The translations under genes were made by a program, and so were the position numbers. The notes beneath the pieces are model-generated. The model searched no databases, had not been told where the DNA came from, and saw only the letters and a list, made by a program, of their open reading frames with translations. From Lama glama (taxonomy: Eukaryota), in contig CM052816.1 of the NCBI GenBank assembly GCA_028534125.1, positions 75,518,001-75,582,000 on the forward strand: a stretch of 64,000 bases of DNA, in the 5' to 3' direction. Below, piece by piece: positions 41,681-55,478 of this stretch; position 1 is the stretch's first letter; each line of letters starts with the position of its first letter.

Positions 41681-43189
41681 CAGAGAATCCAGCCAGAGTA
41701 GAAATCTTCATAATTCATGAGACAATACTCAGAAAGACATCACCTCAGTAGTGGGGCCAGATTTGCCCTATATTAAGATAGGCTGATCCTCACACTTTAT
41801 AAAACTTAAAAGCAACCTTGCAAAGGATCAAAATGTTTCCAAGTAGTTTAGCTGTGTCACAGAATTAAGTTAAAAAGTACTCAACACCCAACAAGGAAAA
41901 GTTCATAAAATCTGTCATCCAGTGAAAAACAATACACATTCAAGAAGCAGGAAAAAAAATCAATAAAAAGAATAAAAAGAATCAATAAATAGAAACAGAT
42001 TTAAAAATTGCATACTTTAGGTTGTAAACAGCAAAGGATTAGGCTTATATCATGAAACTAACAACCAAAAAATCAGAACCTAATTTCATTTTTAATATAT
42101 TTTATAAAATCCAACACTTCATTTAAAGAATAAAAGGATTCACGTCAAGATTTAAATGAATTGTACTCTATAATCAAACCATGAAAACCACAAAAAATTT
42201 TAAATTTTATTTTCACAAAATTTAAATTTTTATAATTTTTGTGTATCTATTCTCTCATAGCTTTATATGTTGCCTTTACTGCCTTATTGATATTCTTGTC
42301 CAATAACATCTCATTTGGGAACATAGTACTCCTGGGGTTGGACAGTATCATTTGACAAGTTACACTGAAAGGGGGTGGGTACACCCAGAGAGACACCCCA
42401 ATCCTTTAGCAAGTTGAAAATCAACTCCCCTGCAATCAAACATCTAGAAACAATACTTCATTAGTTAGCACATGCCATCCTATTAGCTTTGAGAATTAGG
42501 GTTTAACATGTTTCTAGGCCTTCAGAGAAATCAAACCCATATTACATTAGCCTACCATAAAGAGAAGAGTAAGAAATAATGGGAAAATACAAAAGCAAGC
42601 CCAGAAAAACAGAATAAAATGACAGAAAATTTGCTGTTTTGAGGTTTGACTTTTTAAAAATCTATCTACAGTATCACTTTATGAAAAGAGAGATCCATGG
42701 GTAAATTGCTTTATCTGAGAGAATCTTTAGCAAAAGGATGCATTTTGATTGCCGTGATGAATAAATTGCAAAGTCAATATAAATCAATCATCTCCTAACT
42801 TCTATGAAATCAGGAAAATCTTTATGTACAGACATTCAAAAAATTCATTTGCCACTATTCACAAAAAGAATAAGAAACTGATTATTACAATAACCTAAAT
42901 GGCTGGCTTTCTTATTATTGATTCTATTGCTCACTGTTCTTTAAGATTCTAAGAGCAAAGCATTTTCAATGTTTTTGTTTCCCTATAAGACATTAAGAGT
43001 TTTGGGTTGCCTCTCATCACCTCAGTACCTCTCTGACCCACCAGTTCTCTGCCTTTTCTCCAACAGGTGAGTGAATCATGGTTCTGGAGATGAGCAGCTG
43101 CTGTTCCTGCCCACACACAACGAGTATCTTTCAAGTAGCTGCCAAATTTTCAATTATCCACTAATGGGGGATTGCACAAGGACCTTAGC

Positions 43190-43370
43190 CAGTGCTTCTC
43201 AGACTTCAGTGAACATAAAAATCACCAGGGGTACTCATTAAAAATACAGATTCTAGCCCCCTCTGTAGTTCACCAGGTCTGTGGTATCGCTGGGAATGGT
43301 CATTTTAAATAAGGACACCAGGAGATTCCTGTTACAAGACACTTGTGGACCACACTCTAAGAAGTAGTGA
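43190..43370. mobile_element. MER5-like hAT-Charlie DNA transposon remnant
   Basis: cagtgcttctcagacttcag...aaatcaccagggg...ttaaaaatacagattc...ggaccacactctaagaagtagtg. Confidence 0.65.
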
Positions 43371-43912
43371 TGCTGACTTGGGAAGCTGAAAGTGTTTTTA
43401 AGCACCAACCTACTGAGGACCACTGTGAATAGATTCAGTGCAAAATACCTGTCTATGAAAAGAATGATGAATCCAAAGATTTAGCTGGAAGCACTTTTGA
43501 ATCTGAACTATTCAGTAATGAAGGGAAGATAACTGAAGAAGCAGCAGCAGCAGAGCATTGTCATGAGCCCTTCTCATCAGCCCCTTTCACACCCAGACCT
43601 ATAGACTGTTGGTACCCTCTTCCCACTCTCTGACATCTGCCACATTAACATAGTCTGGACGTACAACTGGAAATTGTGGTGTATAGGGATTTAGGATTAG
43701 CGGGGCATTGAGACCAGATTTAGGTACTAGTAAAGTTGAAAGCATTATAGTCAAGAGGTTTGAATAAAGAATGATTTGTAAACAAGAGAGAATGGAGTCA
43801 GAGAAAAAAAGCCTGAGTCCAGAGTGAGGGCAGCACCCAGATCAAGTCAGTGAAGGTGGTGAGGCTGAAGGGGTGGTTGGGGAGGAAGGCTGAGAAGATT
43901 TTCCTTTGCTGC

Positions 43913-43975
43913 TGTCAGTTGGACATTCCATTCAACTGCCCCTGCGGTCATTCCGGTCCACTGAGCATGCCCAGT
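43913..43975. promoter_or_regulatory. Candidate MROH2B proximal promoter motifs (two MYB-type sites and an NRF1-like palindrome)
   Basis: TGTCAGTTGG (43913-43922), CAACTGCC (43933-43940) and ACTGAGCATGCCCAGT (43960-43975), about 500 nt upstream of the ATG. Motif match only. Confidence 0.4.
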
Positions 43976-44464
43976 TTGTGTGACTGACTTTCACCAAGTA
44001 GAACAATCAACAAGATCACCATAAAGGCTTTACCAACACCAGGCCAGTCAAGTGACCACTGGAAACCATTCCCAAATTTGAGATCAATGGACCCAGGTTT
44101 AGGGAGAACTCCTTTGATCTATGAAAATGGTTTGAGTTTCAGTCTCTAATTTCTTCCTTCTCAGATACTCTGGTCTCCAACAAAGGGACAACATTCGGTG
44201 AGATGAAGCCATTTTGTTGGTCAGCAGGAGCTCAGAAGCAAGAAAATGTCAGAGTGGTAGAACACAGCATCATCTTCCTCTGCAGCCGCCCAATACTGGA
44301 AACTTCCAGATCACTGTGCCAGTCAAGTGGAGGAGGGACTTTGATTTAGAGACCCTTATGTGAACCTTATATGAGAAACTTGCTGACCTGCTTCTTCGAT
44401 TTGTTAGCCTTACTATTCCTGATACTTAGGTGCTGTCTCTTAGAGACCTTGAAACAGCCAAGCC

Positions 44465-44492
44465 ATGGCGGAGGACGTGGATGAATCTGCAG
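44465..44492 (+). CDS. MROH2B: MROH2B coding exon 1 (start codon), 28 nt
   Basis: Strong Kozak gccATGG; encodes MAEDVDESA(E); donor G|gtaagc. Nine codons plus one base, which fits the recalled human N-terminus MTLSTEESI(E), and it splices in frame to exon 2. Confidence 0.85.
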
Positions 44493-45600
44493 GTAAGCAT
44501 CATCAGATCCTGAGGAGTCAGGCGTTTTGTGTCTGTGACCATATGTGTATGTGAGGTGAGGCACGGCATGCATCATTAAGGGAGGGTCTGCACACCTTAA
44601 AGGTTTTATGAAAAGCTATCCTAAAGTAAGATCGTTTGTCTCTACTCTCCCTTTATTCCAAAATAATAAAATCACATGGGTTGTAAAGGACCAATGACAG
44701 ACTAGGAGCTTGAGAGATGATTGTGCTTTACCTTCTTTAAAAATGTTTGGTCCACTTGAGGAGAAAGTGGCTACAACACAAAGAAAGATAGTTTCTTGTT
44801 TAATCTTAAATACTGAGAGTCCTTTGGAAATATTCTGCTTTGCCAAAAAAAAAGGCTATATCCAACAGTTATGTTGTTTGATGTGGAGCCTTGTGGAAAC
44901 TCACCTCATCCAGAAGTATCCCTCCTGCCAACTTTCCACATAGCATGAAATTGCTCAATATCTTTGACTCAAATATGTCTTTTCAGTTTTTCAAAGAGTT
45001 TTATTCAAATAATTCCTGAAAAGTGCAAGTCAAAAATAGTTGGGTCATTATCAGAAAAGAGTAAGTTTCCATGAGCATGGAACCAGAAGAGAAAACTGGC
45101 AGAGAGCCAGGAGGGAAGACAGAGAGAAAGAGGATGTGGAGAAATAAGGTGGAGCATTGAGGAAGGAGTGGAAATTAACTATGTTACACTGTTGCCCTCT
45201 CCCACTCAAGTCATGTGTAAGGGAGTCAGCTCATGGAATCTGAGAGCTGAGCTTTGTTAAAGTGGATATAGGGTGATGCCTACATGACTGGAGAGATAAA
45301 TAAGAATCTAGCTTCTTTTCTTTCCTCCTCCACATTTAACTCAGGTTTTGAAAAAAAAAAAACTTAGCATCTGCTATTTTCAAGTATCTCAGGTACACAA
45401 AATAAGAATAAGACACAGTTCCTGCTATCAAAGCACTGATAGTCTAGAAAGGAAGAGTGGGAAAGGGGGAGAGGGGAAAGAAGGAGAAAGAGACAAGGAG
45501 AGAGAGAAAATAAGAAATAAGCTTTCTGTGTCTGTTGCATAGCAATTAATAGGAAGGCATTTCAGCGTATACTTAATGCTTCTTTTTCTGTACATTTTAG

Positions 45601-45662
45601 AGATTTTTGGAGATATTAACCTCACTCTTGGCATGCTGAATAAGGAAGATGATATTAGCAAG
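45601..45662 (+). CDS. MROH2B: MROH2B exon 2, 62 nt
   Basis: ttttag|AG ... AAG|gtaag; (E)IFGDINLTLGMLNKEDDISK. Confidence 0.95.
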
Positions 45663-47149
45663 GTAAGGAAAATAGAGAACAATCTCTTCCCCATTCACTT
45701 TTTCTAGTCCAGTTACTGCAACATTTCACCTACATCCCTCTTTGCCTCGACTTCCTCTTTTTTCTCTGGCTTCTTAAGTGGCATTCAATTTTTCAGAAAA
45801 GGCGGTTATAATTGAAGTCATTGTCATTTTTAAGCAATGGTATTTGGCATTTGAGGATTCAGAGTATACAACTCTAAAATCTAACAAAAGAGTGCCCCTT
45901 TCCCTAACCATATACAGATAGATGTGGAAGAGGGGGGTGTCACGTACAACCTGATTAGATCAGAGCCTCCTCCGGTGTAATTTGAGGGTTAGCAGACCTT
46001 CGGTCCCACCCAAAATGTATCATGGACTTTTTGGTGTGGACCAAATGTCTTGTGGATGTTTTGAACAGGACCAAATGTTCTGCAAAGAATTTGAGAGTTC
46101 CTATGAAAATCCCCAAAGATCTCCCCTACTTATCTGAGATGCTATTTCACAATTAAAGATTTACTTCTCTGAGATTTGAAGGCTTTTCTGGCTTCATAAC
46201 CTTCTATAGAATAGCAATAGCCACTCTTCACTGAACACTTATCCAGGGAGCAGAGAGCTAGATGCTTTCGAAACAGTAGTGCATCATATTATATTCACTC
46301 CTCCCAACTTTATGAGATAGCAGTCGCCATTTCTACATGACCACTAAGAAAAATGAGGCCCAGAAAAGTTACATGACTTGCCTAAGGACGGCAGGAATGT
46401 ATCCAAATACAAGTCTGTCTGACTCCAAGATAATGCTCCTAATCATGATTCAATGTAGCCTCCCTGTAATGGACAGCACCTAAGCCTTTGTCTCTTAATC
46501 CAGTGGTTCTCAACCCCAGTGCATACTAGACTCCCTTAGGCAAAGTGAGTTATTTCACACCCAATCATAGGCATAGTACCTCCAGGTAACATGCCTGAGG
46601 CTCTTGGAAATTTCAGAACATCAGTCTCTCATCTTCCAAAGGCCATGTAGCCACCTAAGAGATTTAGAAGAGCCATCATACACAGCATCTGCTCAAGCTA
46701 CACGGTTCCTGGAGGCTGCAGCTCTATGGAAAAGGATCCACAACTTCTTCTCCACAAAGGCATGAGTGCAGCAATGAATAAATCCCCTTTAGGAACAAGT
46801 TTCATAACTTATCAGCCTTTGGGGGATTGCACCGTGTTCCTTAAAGTCACAGTGGTTTCCCGGTAGTCAGAGCAACAGTTAGGTTGATGGGCATTTCCAT
46901 TGCCCTGAGTCCCCTACAGCAATGAGTTTCAAGAGACTTTGCTAAGTCAGGTAGTCCACCCCTGCCTTTAGTTAGACTTTGCCATAGAAATGTAGTCAAG
47001 TTAAAATAGTATTTAGAAGGAACTTTGCTCTACATATAAGCCTTGACTCCTAAAGATGCATGTTATGTTCAGGAAGCCCCAGTTAGGATATATAAAATCC
47101 ACTGTGTAGCAGAGATACATTGATTAGTTTAATGGTGTTCTTCATTTAG

Positions 47150-47374
<225 letters not shown>

Positions 47375-47633
47375 TAAGTGACCCACTGCACCCATATAGA
47401 TGGCTCCATAAACTTTTATGAACCATAATATTTTTCTACATCACTTCCAGGACTACAGATCACTTTTACTTATTCTTCATGGTAATTTGGATACTGTTAC
47501 AGCACCTATTATATACCCCTTCACAGATGAGGAAACTGAGGTAGAGCTAAAAAAGACTTTAGAGGTAATATTCAATCCACCTTTAGAGGAGGAAGTTGAT
47601 GCTTAGAGAGGTTGTTTTCAAAGTAACACAGCT

Positions 47634-50356
47634 GTCCAAACAAAATACAACAACACATAAAAAAGATCACATACTGTGATCAAGTTGGATTCATCCCAGG
47701 GACACAAGAATGGTTCAACATACAGAAATCAAAAAACACCACATCAACAAAAGAAAGAACAAAAATTACATGATCATCTCAATAGATGCAGAAAAAGCAT
47801 TTGATAAAATTCAACACCCATTTATGATAAAAACTCTTACCAAAGTGGGTATAGAAGGAGCATATTTCAACATAATAAAGCTACTTATGACATATCCACA
47901 GCCAAAATAATACTCAACAGTGAAAAATTGAAAGCTTTCCCACTAAAATCTGGAGCAAGACAAGGATGCCCACTCTTACCACTTCTATTCAACAGTATTG
48001 AAAGTCCTAGACATAGCAGTCAGGCAAGAAAAAGAAATAAAAGGAATCCAAATTGGAAGAGAAAAGGTAAAATTTTCACTATATGCAGATGACATAATAA
48101 TATATATAGAAAACCTCAAAGGCTCCTCACAAAAACTACTAGAGCTGATAAAATAATTTGGCAAGGTAGCAGGATTCAAGATTAACATACAGAAATCAGT
48201 TGCATTTTTTTTAATTTTTAAAAATTTTTTTATTGAAGTGTAGTTGATTTACAATGTTAGTTTCATGTATACAGCAAGGCAAGTTAATTATACATATATG
48301 TACGTTTTTGGGTTTGTTTTTTTTTCAGATTATTTTCCATTACAGTTTGTATCTGCTAATCCCAACCTCTTAATCTATCCCTCTCACCCTCCTTCCCACC
48401 TTGGTAACCACAGTTTGATCTCTATGTTGCATTTCTTTACACTAACAATGAAATATCAGCAAATGAAAGTAAAAAGAAAAATCTCTTTTAAAATTACATC
48501 AAAAAAATAAAATACTTAGGAATAAACCTGACAAAGGAGGTAAAAGACTCAGCAGAGAACTACAAAACATTGATTAAGGAAATTAAAGATGATTTAAAGA
48601 AATAAAAAGATATCCCATGCTCTTGGATTGGAAGAATTAATACTGGTAAAATGGCCATAGTACCCAAAGCAATCTATAGATTTAATGCAATCCTTATCAA
48701 ATTACCCAGAACATTTTTCACAGAACTAGAACAAATAATCCTAAAATCTATATAGAATCACAAAAGACCCAGAATTGCCAAAGCAATACTTAAGAAAAAG
48801 AACAAAGCTGGAGGCATAACCCTCCCAGACTTCAGACAATACTACAGAGCTACAGTAATCAAAACAGTGTAATATTAGCACAAAAACAGACATATGGATC
48901 AATGCAAAAGAATAGCGAGCCCAGAAATAAACCCACAGACTTAATGGCTGATTAATCTTCAACAAAAAAGTCAAGAATATACAATGGGGAAAAGACAGTC
49001 TCTTCAGCAAGTAGTGTTGGGAAAGCTGGACAGCCACATGTAAATCAATGAAGTTAGAACACTTCCTCACACCCTACACAAAAATAAACTCAAAATGGCT
49101 TAAAGATTTAAACATAAGACAAGACACTGTAAACCTCCTAGAAGGAAACATAAGCAAAACATTCTTGGACATAAATCTTAGCAGTGTTCTCCTAGGGCAG
49201 TCTACCCAGGCAATAGAAATAAAAACAAAAATAAACATATGAAACTTATAAGCTTTTGCACAGCAAAGGAAGCTGTAAGCAAAACAAAAAGACAGTCTAT
49301 GGAATGGGAGAAAATATTTGCAGATGATGCAATTGACAAGGGCTTAATCTTCAGAATATACAAGCAGCTCATACAACTTAATAACAAAAAAACAAACAAC
49401 CCAATCAAAAATGGGTAGAAGACCTCTAAGCAAGAAATTCTTCAATGAAAACATACAAATGACCAATAGGCACATGAAAAAAATGCTCAATATCACTATC
49501 AAAGAAATGCAAATCAAAACTACAATAAGGTTATCACCTCACACCAGTCAGAATGGCCATCATTAAAAAGTCCACAAACAATAAATGCTGGAGAGGGTGT
49601 GGAGAGAAGAGAACCCTCCTACACTGTTGGTGGGCATGTAGTTTGGTGCAGCCATTGTGGAAAACAATATGGAGATTCCTTAAAAAACCAAAAATAGACT
49701 CACCTTATGAGCAATCTGACTCCTAGGCATATGTCCGAACAGAATCCTGTTTGAAAAGACATGTGCACCCTGATGTTCATAGCAGCACTATTTACAATAA
49801 CCAAGACTTGGAAACAATCTAAACCTCCATTGACTGGATAAAGGAATTGTGATATACTTATACAATGGAATACTACTCAGCCATAGAAAAAAAATAAAAT
49901 AATGCCATTTGCAGCAACATGGGTGGACCTGGAGATCGTCATTCTAAATGAAGTAAGACAGAGAAAAAAAATACCATGTGATATCACTCATAGGTGGAAT
50001 TTTTTTTTTAAAAGACACCAATAAACTTATTTACAAAACAGAAACAGACTCACAGACATAGAAAACAAATATATGGTTACCAGGGTGAAAGGAGGTAGGA
50101 AAGGATAAATTGGGAGATTTGTGGATACTAACTACTATATATAAAATAGATAAACAACAAGTTTCTTCTGTACAGCACAGGGAACTATATTCAATATCTT
50201 GTAGTAACCTATAATGAAAAAGAATATGAAAACAAATACATGTATGTATATGTATGACTGAAACACGCTGTACACCAGAAGTTGACACATTGTAAACTGA
50301 CCATACTTCAATAAAATACATATATATATAAAATGCTAAAAAATCTTTTTTTAAAA
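47634..50356 (+). mobile_element. 5'-truncated L1 (ORF2 RT to 3' end, about 2.7 kb), sense orientation in MROH2B intron 3, inserted into a MIR
   Basis: ORFs 47710..47910 ([23 protein letters not shown]) and 49048..49242 (LTPYTKINSKWLKDLNIR) are L1 ORF2, with stops and frameshifts. TSD aaagtaacacagct (47620-47633) / aaagtaacagct (50357-50368). Confidence 0.95.
48208..48425 (-). mobile_element. Nested antisense L1 3'-UTR fragment inside the intron 3 L1
   Basis: T-rich tail then ttttattgaagtgtagttgatttacaatg...ttggtaaccacagtttg; TSD gttgcattt at 48199-48207 and 48426-48434. Confidence 0.85.
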
Positions 50357-51406
50357 AAAGTAACAGCTACCTATCAACAGAACAAATAACTAGAACCCAG
50401 ATTTCTAGACTCTCACGTGAATTCTAATTTGTTTACATGCCTAATTATCCATGTATACTAGGCATTGTATCTGAAAAATTATTTGTTGAAATAATTTGAG
50501 TCTTGAGATAGTTATTTCCTTCCCGAAAGGATTTTTACTTGTTTACCTGCCAAGGGCACACACACACAAAATCTGATTAATTTCAGAGCCTAAGATTTTT
50601 CTAGGCAGCTTCTTTTTGGTGTGGCCCAAATGTCTTATGGACATTTTGGATAAGACCAAATATCCTGCAAGGAATTTGAGGGCTCTTAGGAAAATCCCCA
50701 AAGATCTCCCCTACTTACCTGTAATGCTATTTCATAGTTAGAGATACATTTCTCTGAGATTTGAAAGCTTTTCCTGGGTTCATTAACCCTTTGTAAAAGA
50801 GAGCCAATTTCACCTTTCATCTCAATGTAGCCCTTTGGGGTCTTAGCCCCAAAGATGAGAAGTAGGATGACCAGGTTCTCATCACTGGTTGGCAATGAAT
50901 TCTTACTATTGTTCCAAATGCTGCAAAGCAGCCTCAAAAGCAGAGCTTATCTCTCTGGATTTCCAACCTTGCCCGGATCTCAATTCAGTAACTCCACTTT
51001 ATATTGTGATCTCTTTGACGTTTTTATGAGTATGTTTTTTAATATCTTGCCCAGCACTTTTTTTCTTTTTAGCAGGAAAGTTGATCAAATTACCTCATCC
51101 ACCGTTACCAAAAGCAGTTCCTCAAAATAGCTCTAACATCAAGGATAATTAGATCAAGACAATGCTAAAACCCAAAGCTCTAGACTCCTCACTGTTTTTC
51201 TTTCTCCATTCCCTTCAGTAATTCATATCACTTAAACAGAAAACATCAATCTTAACGTTCACAGTACCTGATATAGTACTAAGAAACGTGTATTGCGTCA
51301 AGTTTACAAGAACTCTATTAAAAACTGGTTTGAGGTGACTTTTGAATTACTTCTGCTTTGCTGGCTGCTCCCACCTACGTTAGAGCCTTCCCCACTGGGT
51401 CTGTAA

Positions 51407-51730
<324 letters not shown>

Positions 51731-52328
51731 TAACCGTCTAAACCCAGATGGGAGCCGAAGCAGAAGGGAGAGGGGTCGACCTGCTTCCGGACTAGAGAAT
51801 ACTGACAGGGATTTGGGCGGTTGTTCATGAGCATGGACGAGCCTGCTGGCCAGTCGTGGGTCCACACTGCTCTGAGTTTGGCTGGACTCTCCCCCACCCT
51901 CATCTTCCCTTTCATCTGGCTTTGTGTTTCCAGAAACGTGTTTTCACAAGCCATATTCTGCAAACCACTGAATTCTTGCAGGAAGTAAGGGGTTCTTATT
52001 TAATGGATATTTATTGAGACCCTATCACCTGTGCTAGGTCTTGGGGATACAGGCAAGTTCTGCTGGGGGGGATGAACATTAATATAATATTATTCAAGTC
52101 AATAGTTGCTACTAAGCAACAGGTACAGGTGGCTGTTATACTGAGTATCTTATTTTAAACCAACCACCCCTTGACTCTCTAGCGACAGCCTCGCATCATG
52201 GTGGGGGAGGGGAGGGGCTGGAGGCGCATGACTGCCTGCTGCACCTCACCTGCCTCCCTCGTGCAGCCTTGACAAGCTTGTTGTTGACGTGAGGGGGAGT
52301 CACAGAGCTCCCCAGCATGGGGAGGTAA

Positions 52329-52499
<171 letters not shown>

Positions 52500-52554
52500 T
52501 GAATGGAGCAAATGTCTGAGTTTTCCTTTTACTCCAGTCTTGTCCTTTGTAGTA

Positions 52555-52790
52555 ATAGTAGCCACCAGGTATTGAGTGCCTACCACATGGAAGGCCCTCT
52601 GCAGGGAGTGATCGCTGTCAATCCTCACAGCAATTCTGAAAACTAAGTATTATTAACTCATTTTACAGATGAGAAACTGAGGGTCATGAAAGTTAAGCGA
52701 TTTTCTCAAGGTGGTGACAGCCAATGAGATGGAAAGGTGGCATTCAGGTCTATATGACCATCCCATCTATATTCTTTCCACTCTCCTACA
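52555..52790 (-). mobile_element. MIR SINE
   Basis: cattttacagatgagaaactgaggg...aagttaagcgattttctcaagg. Confidence 0.8.
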
Positions 52791-53394
52791 CTGTGTCCAT
52801 TTCTATTAGCCTTCTTCAATTAGATCACACTTTCTCTACAATGAATATGAGAGCTCATCAGCTCTTGGTCATAGGCTAAATTTTGGCATCTTCTTATAAT
52901 GCAATATCATGAAAATGATAAGTAAACCATCTAATCAAAATACAAGCAATCCTAAAGTCAAGGAAAACTGGTAAGAAAATTTTGGGCACAAATTCCTTCT
53001 ACCCCCAAACTGAGATGCATCTACAGTAATCAACAGTCTACAGAGAAGAACAAGCCTTGGAATTCCTTGAAAAAGCATTTATAGCACAATGAAAGGCTTC
53101 TTGAATGACTCTCAAGACCTAGACTCTGGTCTCTGATCAGCCACTGAGCCATCACAGGACTCCGCCCTTCTCTCAACCTCAATTTCACCTCTAAAAACAA
53201 CAAATGAAGTGATTGCTAAGATCCCTTCCACCTTTGACATCCCCAGCACTACTATTTTGTGATATTTTAAAGCCCAGGCTGTCGAAAGTGTCTTCTTTAC
53301 CTACCAACCACTTCTTTTCTGTTCTATTTTGCCCATTCCCTCCTGTTATGTCCTCAATGAAGGTAAATATGTGTATCTGAAATTTTAATATGTG

Positions 53395-53620
53395 TATTGA
53401 GAATTTACTGTGTGTCTAGGTACTGCCTTAGGTATTTTAAGATCATTATTTCATCTAACCCTCATAGTGACCCCGTTAGGTAGATAATATTTTCCATTCA
53501 TCTTACAGACAAGAAAATTGAGGCTTAGAAAAGTTAAACAGCTTACCTGCAATCACACAGCCAGTATGTGGCAAAGCCAAGATTTGAACTATGAGTTTGA
53601 CTCAAAGACTCCAACAACTA
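53395..53620 (-). mobile_element. MIR SINE
   Basis: ttacagacaagaaaattgaggcttagaaaagttaaa...cacacagccagtatgtggcaaagccaagatttgaac. Confidence 0.8.
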
Positions 53621-53894
53621 CACTAGATTAACCCATTTTTCAATACTTTTTACTTTTTCCTACTTACTTTCACTATCAGCTAACATTGTGTTCCCGCAAA
53701 TAAACTTTGATGCCTCTAATAGTATTTCTGCCTCCAATACTAATAACCAAGAAGATAAAAGAAAATAAAACCAGAAATCATCATGGCAATGAGTAAGAGA
53801 ATTCTCTGTCTTTGTGTTATAAAGTTACCTAAGTGCCCTTTGGCCCTAAAACAACTTTGATCTAATTGCCACTAAAGAAAAGGTGTAAAATTTA

Positions 53895-53987
53895 TTTTTT
53901 TAATGGAGGTACTGGGGATTGAACCCAGGACCTTATGTATATACTAAGCATATGCTCTACCACTGAGCTATACCCACCACCACCCCC
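53895..53987 (-). mobile_element. tRNA-derived camelid SINE (vic-1 type)
   Basis: Reverse complement reads ggggg...gtatagctcagtggtagagcatatgcttag...ggtcctgggttcaatccccagtacctccattaaaaaaa. Imperfect TSD aaaaggtgtaaaattta / aaaagatataaaattta. Confidence 0.85.
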
Positions 53988-55139
53988 AAAAAGATATAAA
54001 ATTTAATAGCCAGCCAGCCATCTATGCATTCAATCAAATTGGCAAATAAACAAAGATTGTGTTTGTTGCTTCGGCTACCATCAACAAACAAGACACCATC
54101 CTTTCTCATTAGTTTATAGGCCAGTGCAAGACACACACGCGCACAATGGATTTGATAAAATACAACATGAGATTATCAGAGTTTGGAGGGAATGGGAATG
54201 AACTGATAAATTACCAGCTCCAAGGCTGAGATACTTGGGATATTTTCTATGGTGTTTGCACACGCAGTATCCTTCAGAGAGCAAACTGCAATTATTTTTT
54301 TACTATCTAATGAAAGGGATAGCATGAGGAGCTGAAGGAAAAAATATTATTATTTAATGCATTTGATGTAAATATACATGGGTAAGTAGCCAAAATGATA
54401 TTTTTGCAGGCCCAGGATTTTTTAATTGTATTAAAGTAAAACAGACGTGGAGAAAAACATACAAATCAGAAGTATACAGATTGATAAGTTGTCACAAACT
54501 AAATTTATCCATTTGACCACCACTCAGGTCAAGAAGCTGGATATTACTAACACTCTAAAAGCTCCCCCTTATCTTTTCTCCCAGTCCTCACCCTCTCCAT
54601 CCTCTTGAAGGGAAACCAGTCCTGAATTCTAACACCACAAATTAGTTTTGCCTATTTGTGAGATTTGTACATGTTGTTTTGTGTACCTGTACTCCATTTT
54701 CATTTCTGTATACTATTATATATCTATACTACAATTTATTTTTCCATTCTACCTGTTGACAAAAATTTGGATCTTTTGTTTGTCTGTTTGAGGTTATTAC
54801 AAAAAAACTGAATATGAACCTTCTTGCACAAGTTTTTTAGTGCCCATCTGTATGCATGCCTAATGGCTGTATGCCTTGGAGTGGAATTTCTGGATCATAG
54901 GTGATGCATATTCAACTTTGGTTGATCATGCCAAACAGTTTTCTATAGCGTTTGTATCAATTCATCCTCTCACCAACAGAATGTAAAATTCCAGCAGCAC
55001 TTTAGTCTTGTCAACACTTGGTACTGTCTGAAATGTTAGCAATTCCAGATGGGAGGTTGTAATATCTCATCATGGTTTTCATTTGCATTTTGCTAAAGTG
55101 GCTGAATATTTTTTATATATTTACTTGATACAGTCATAA

Positions 55140-55478
<339 letters not shown>

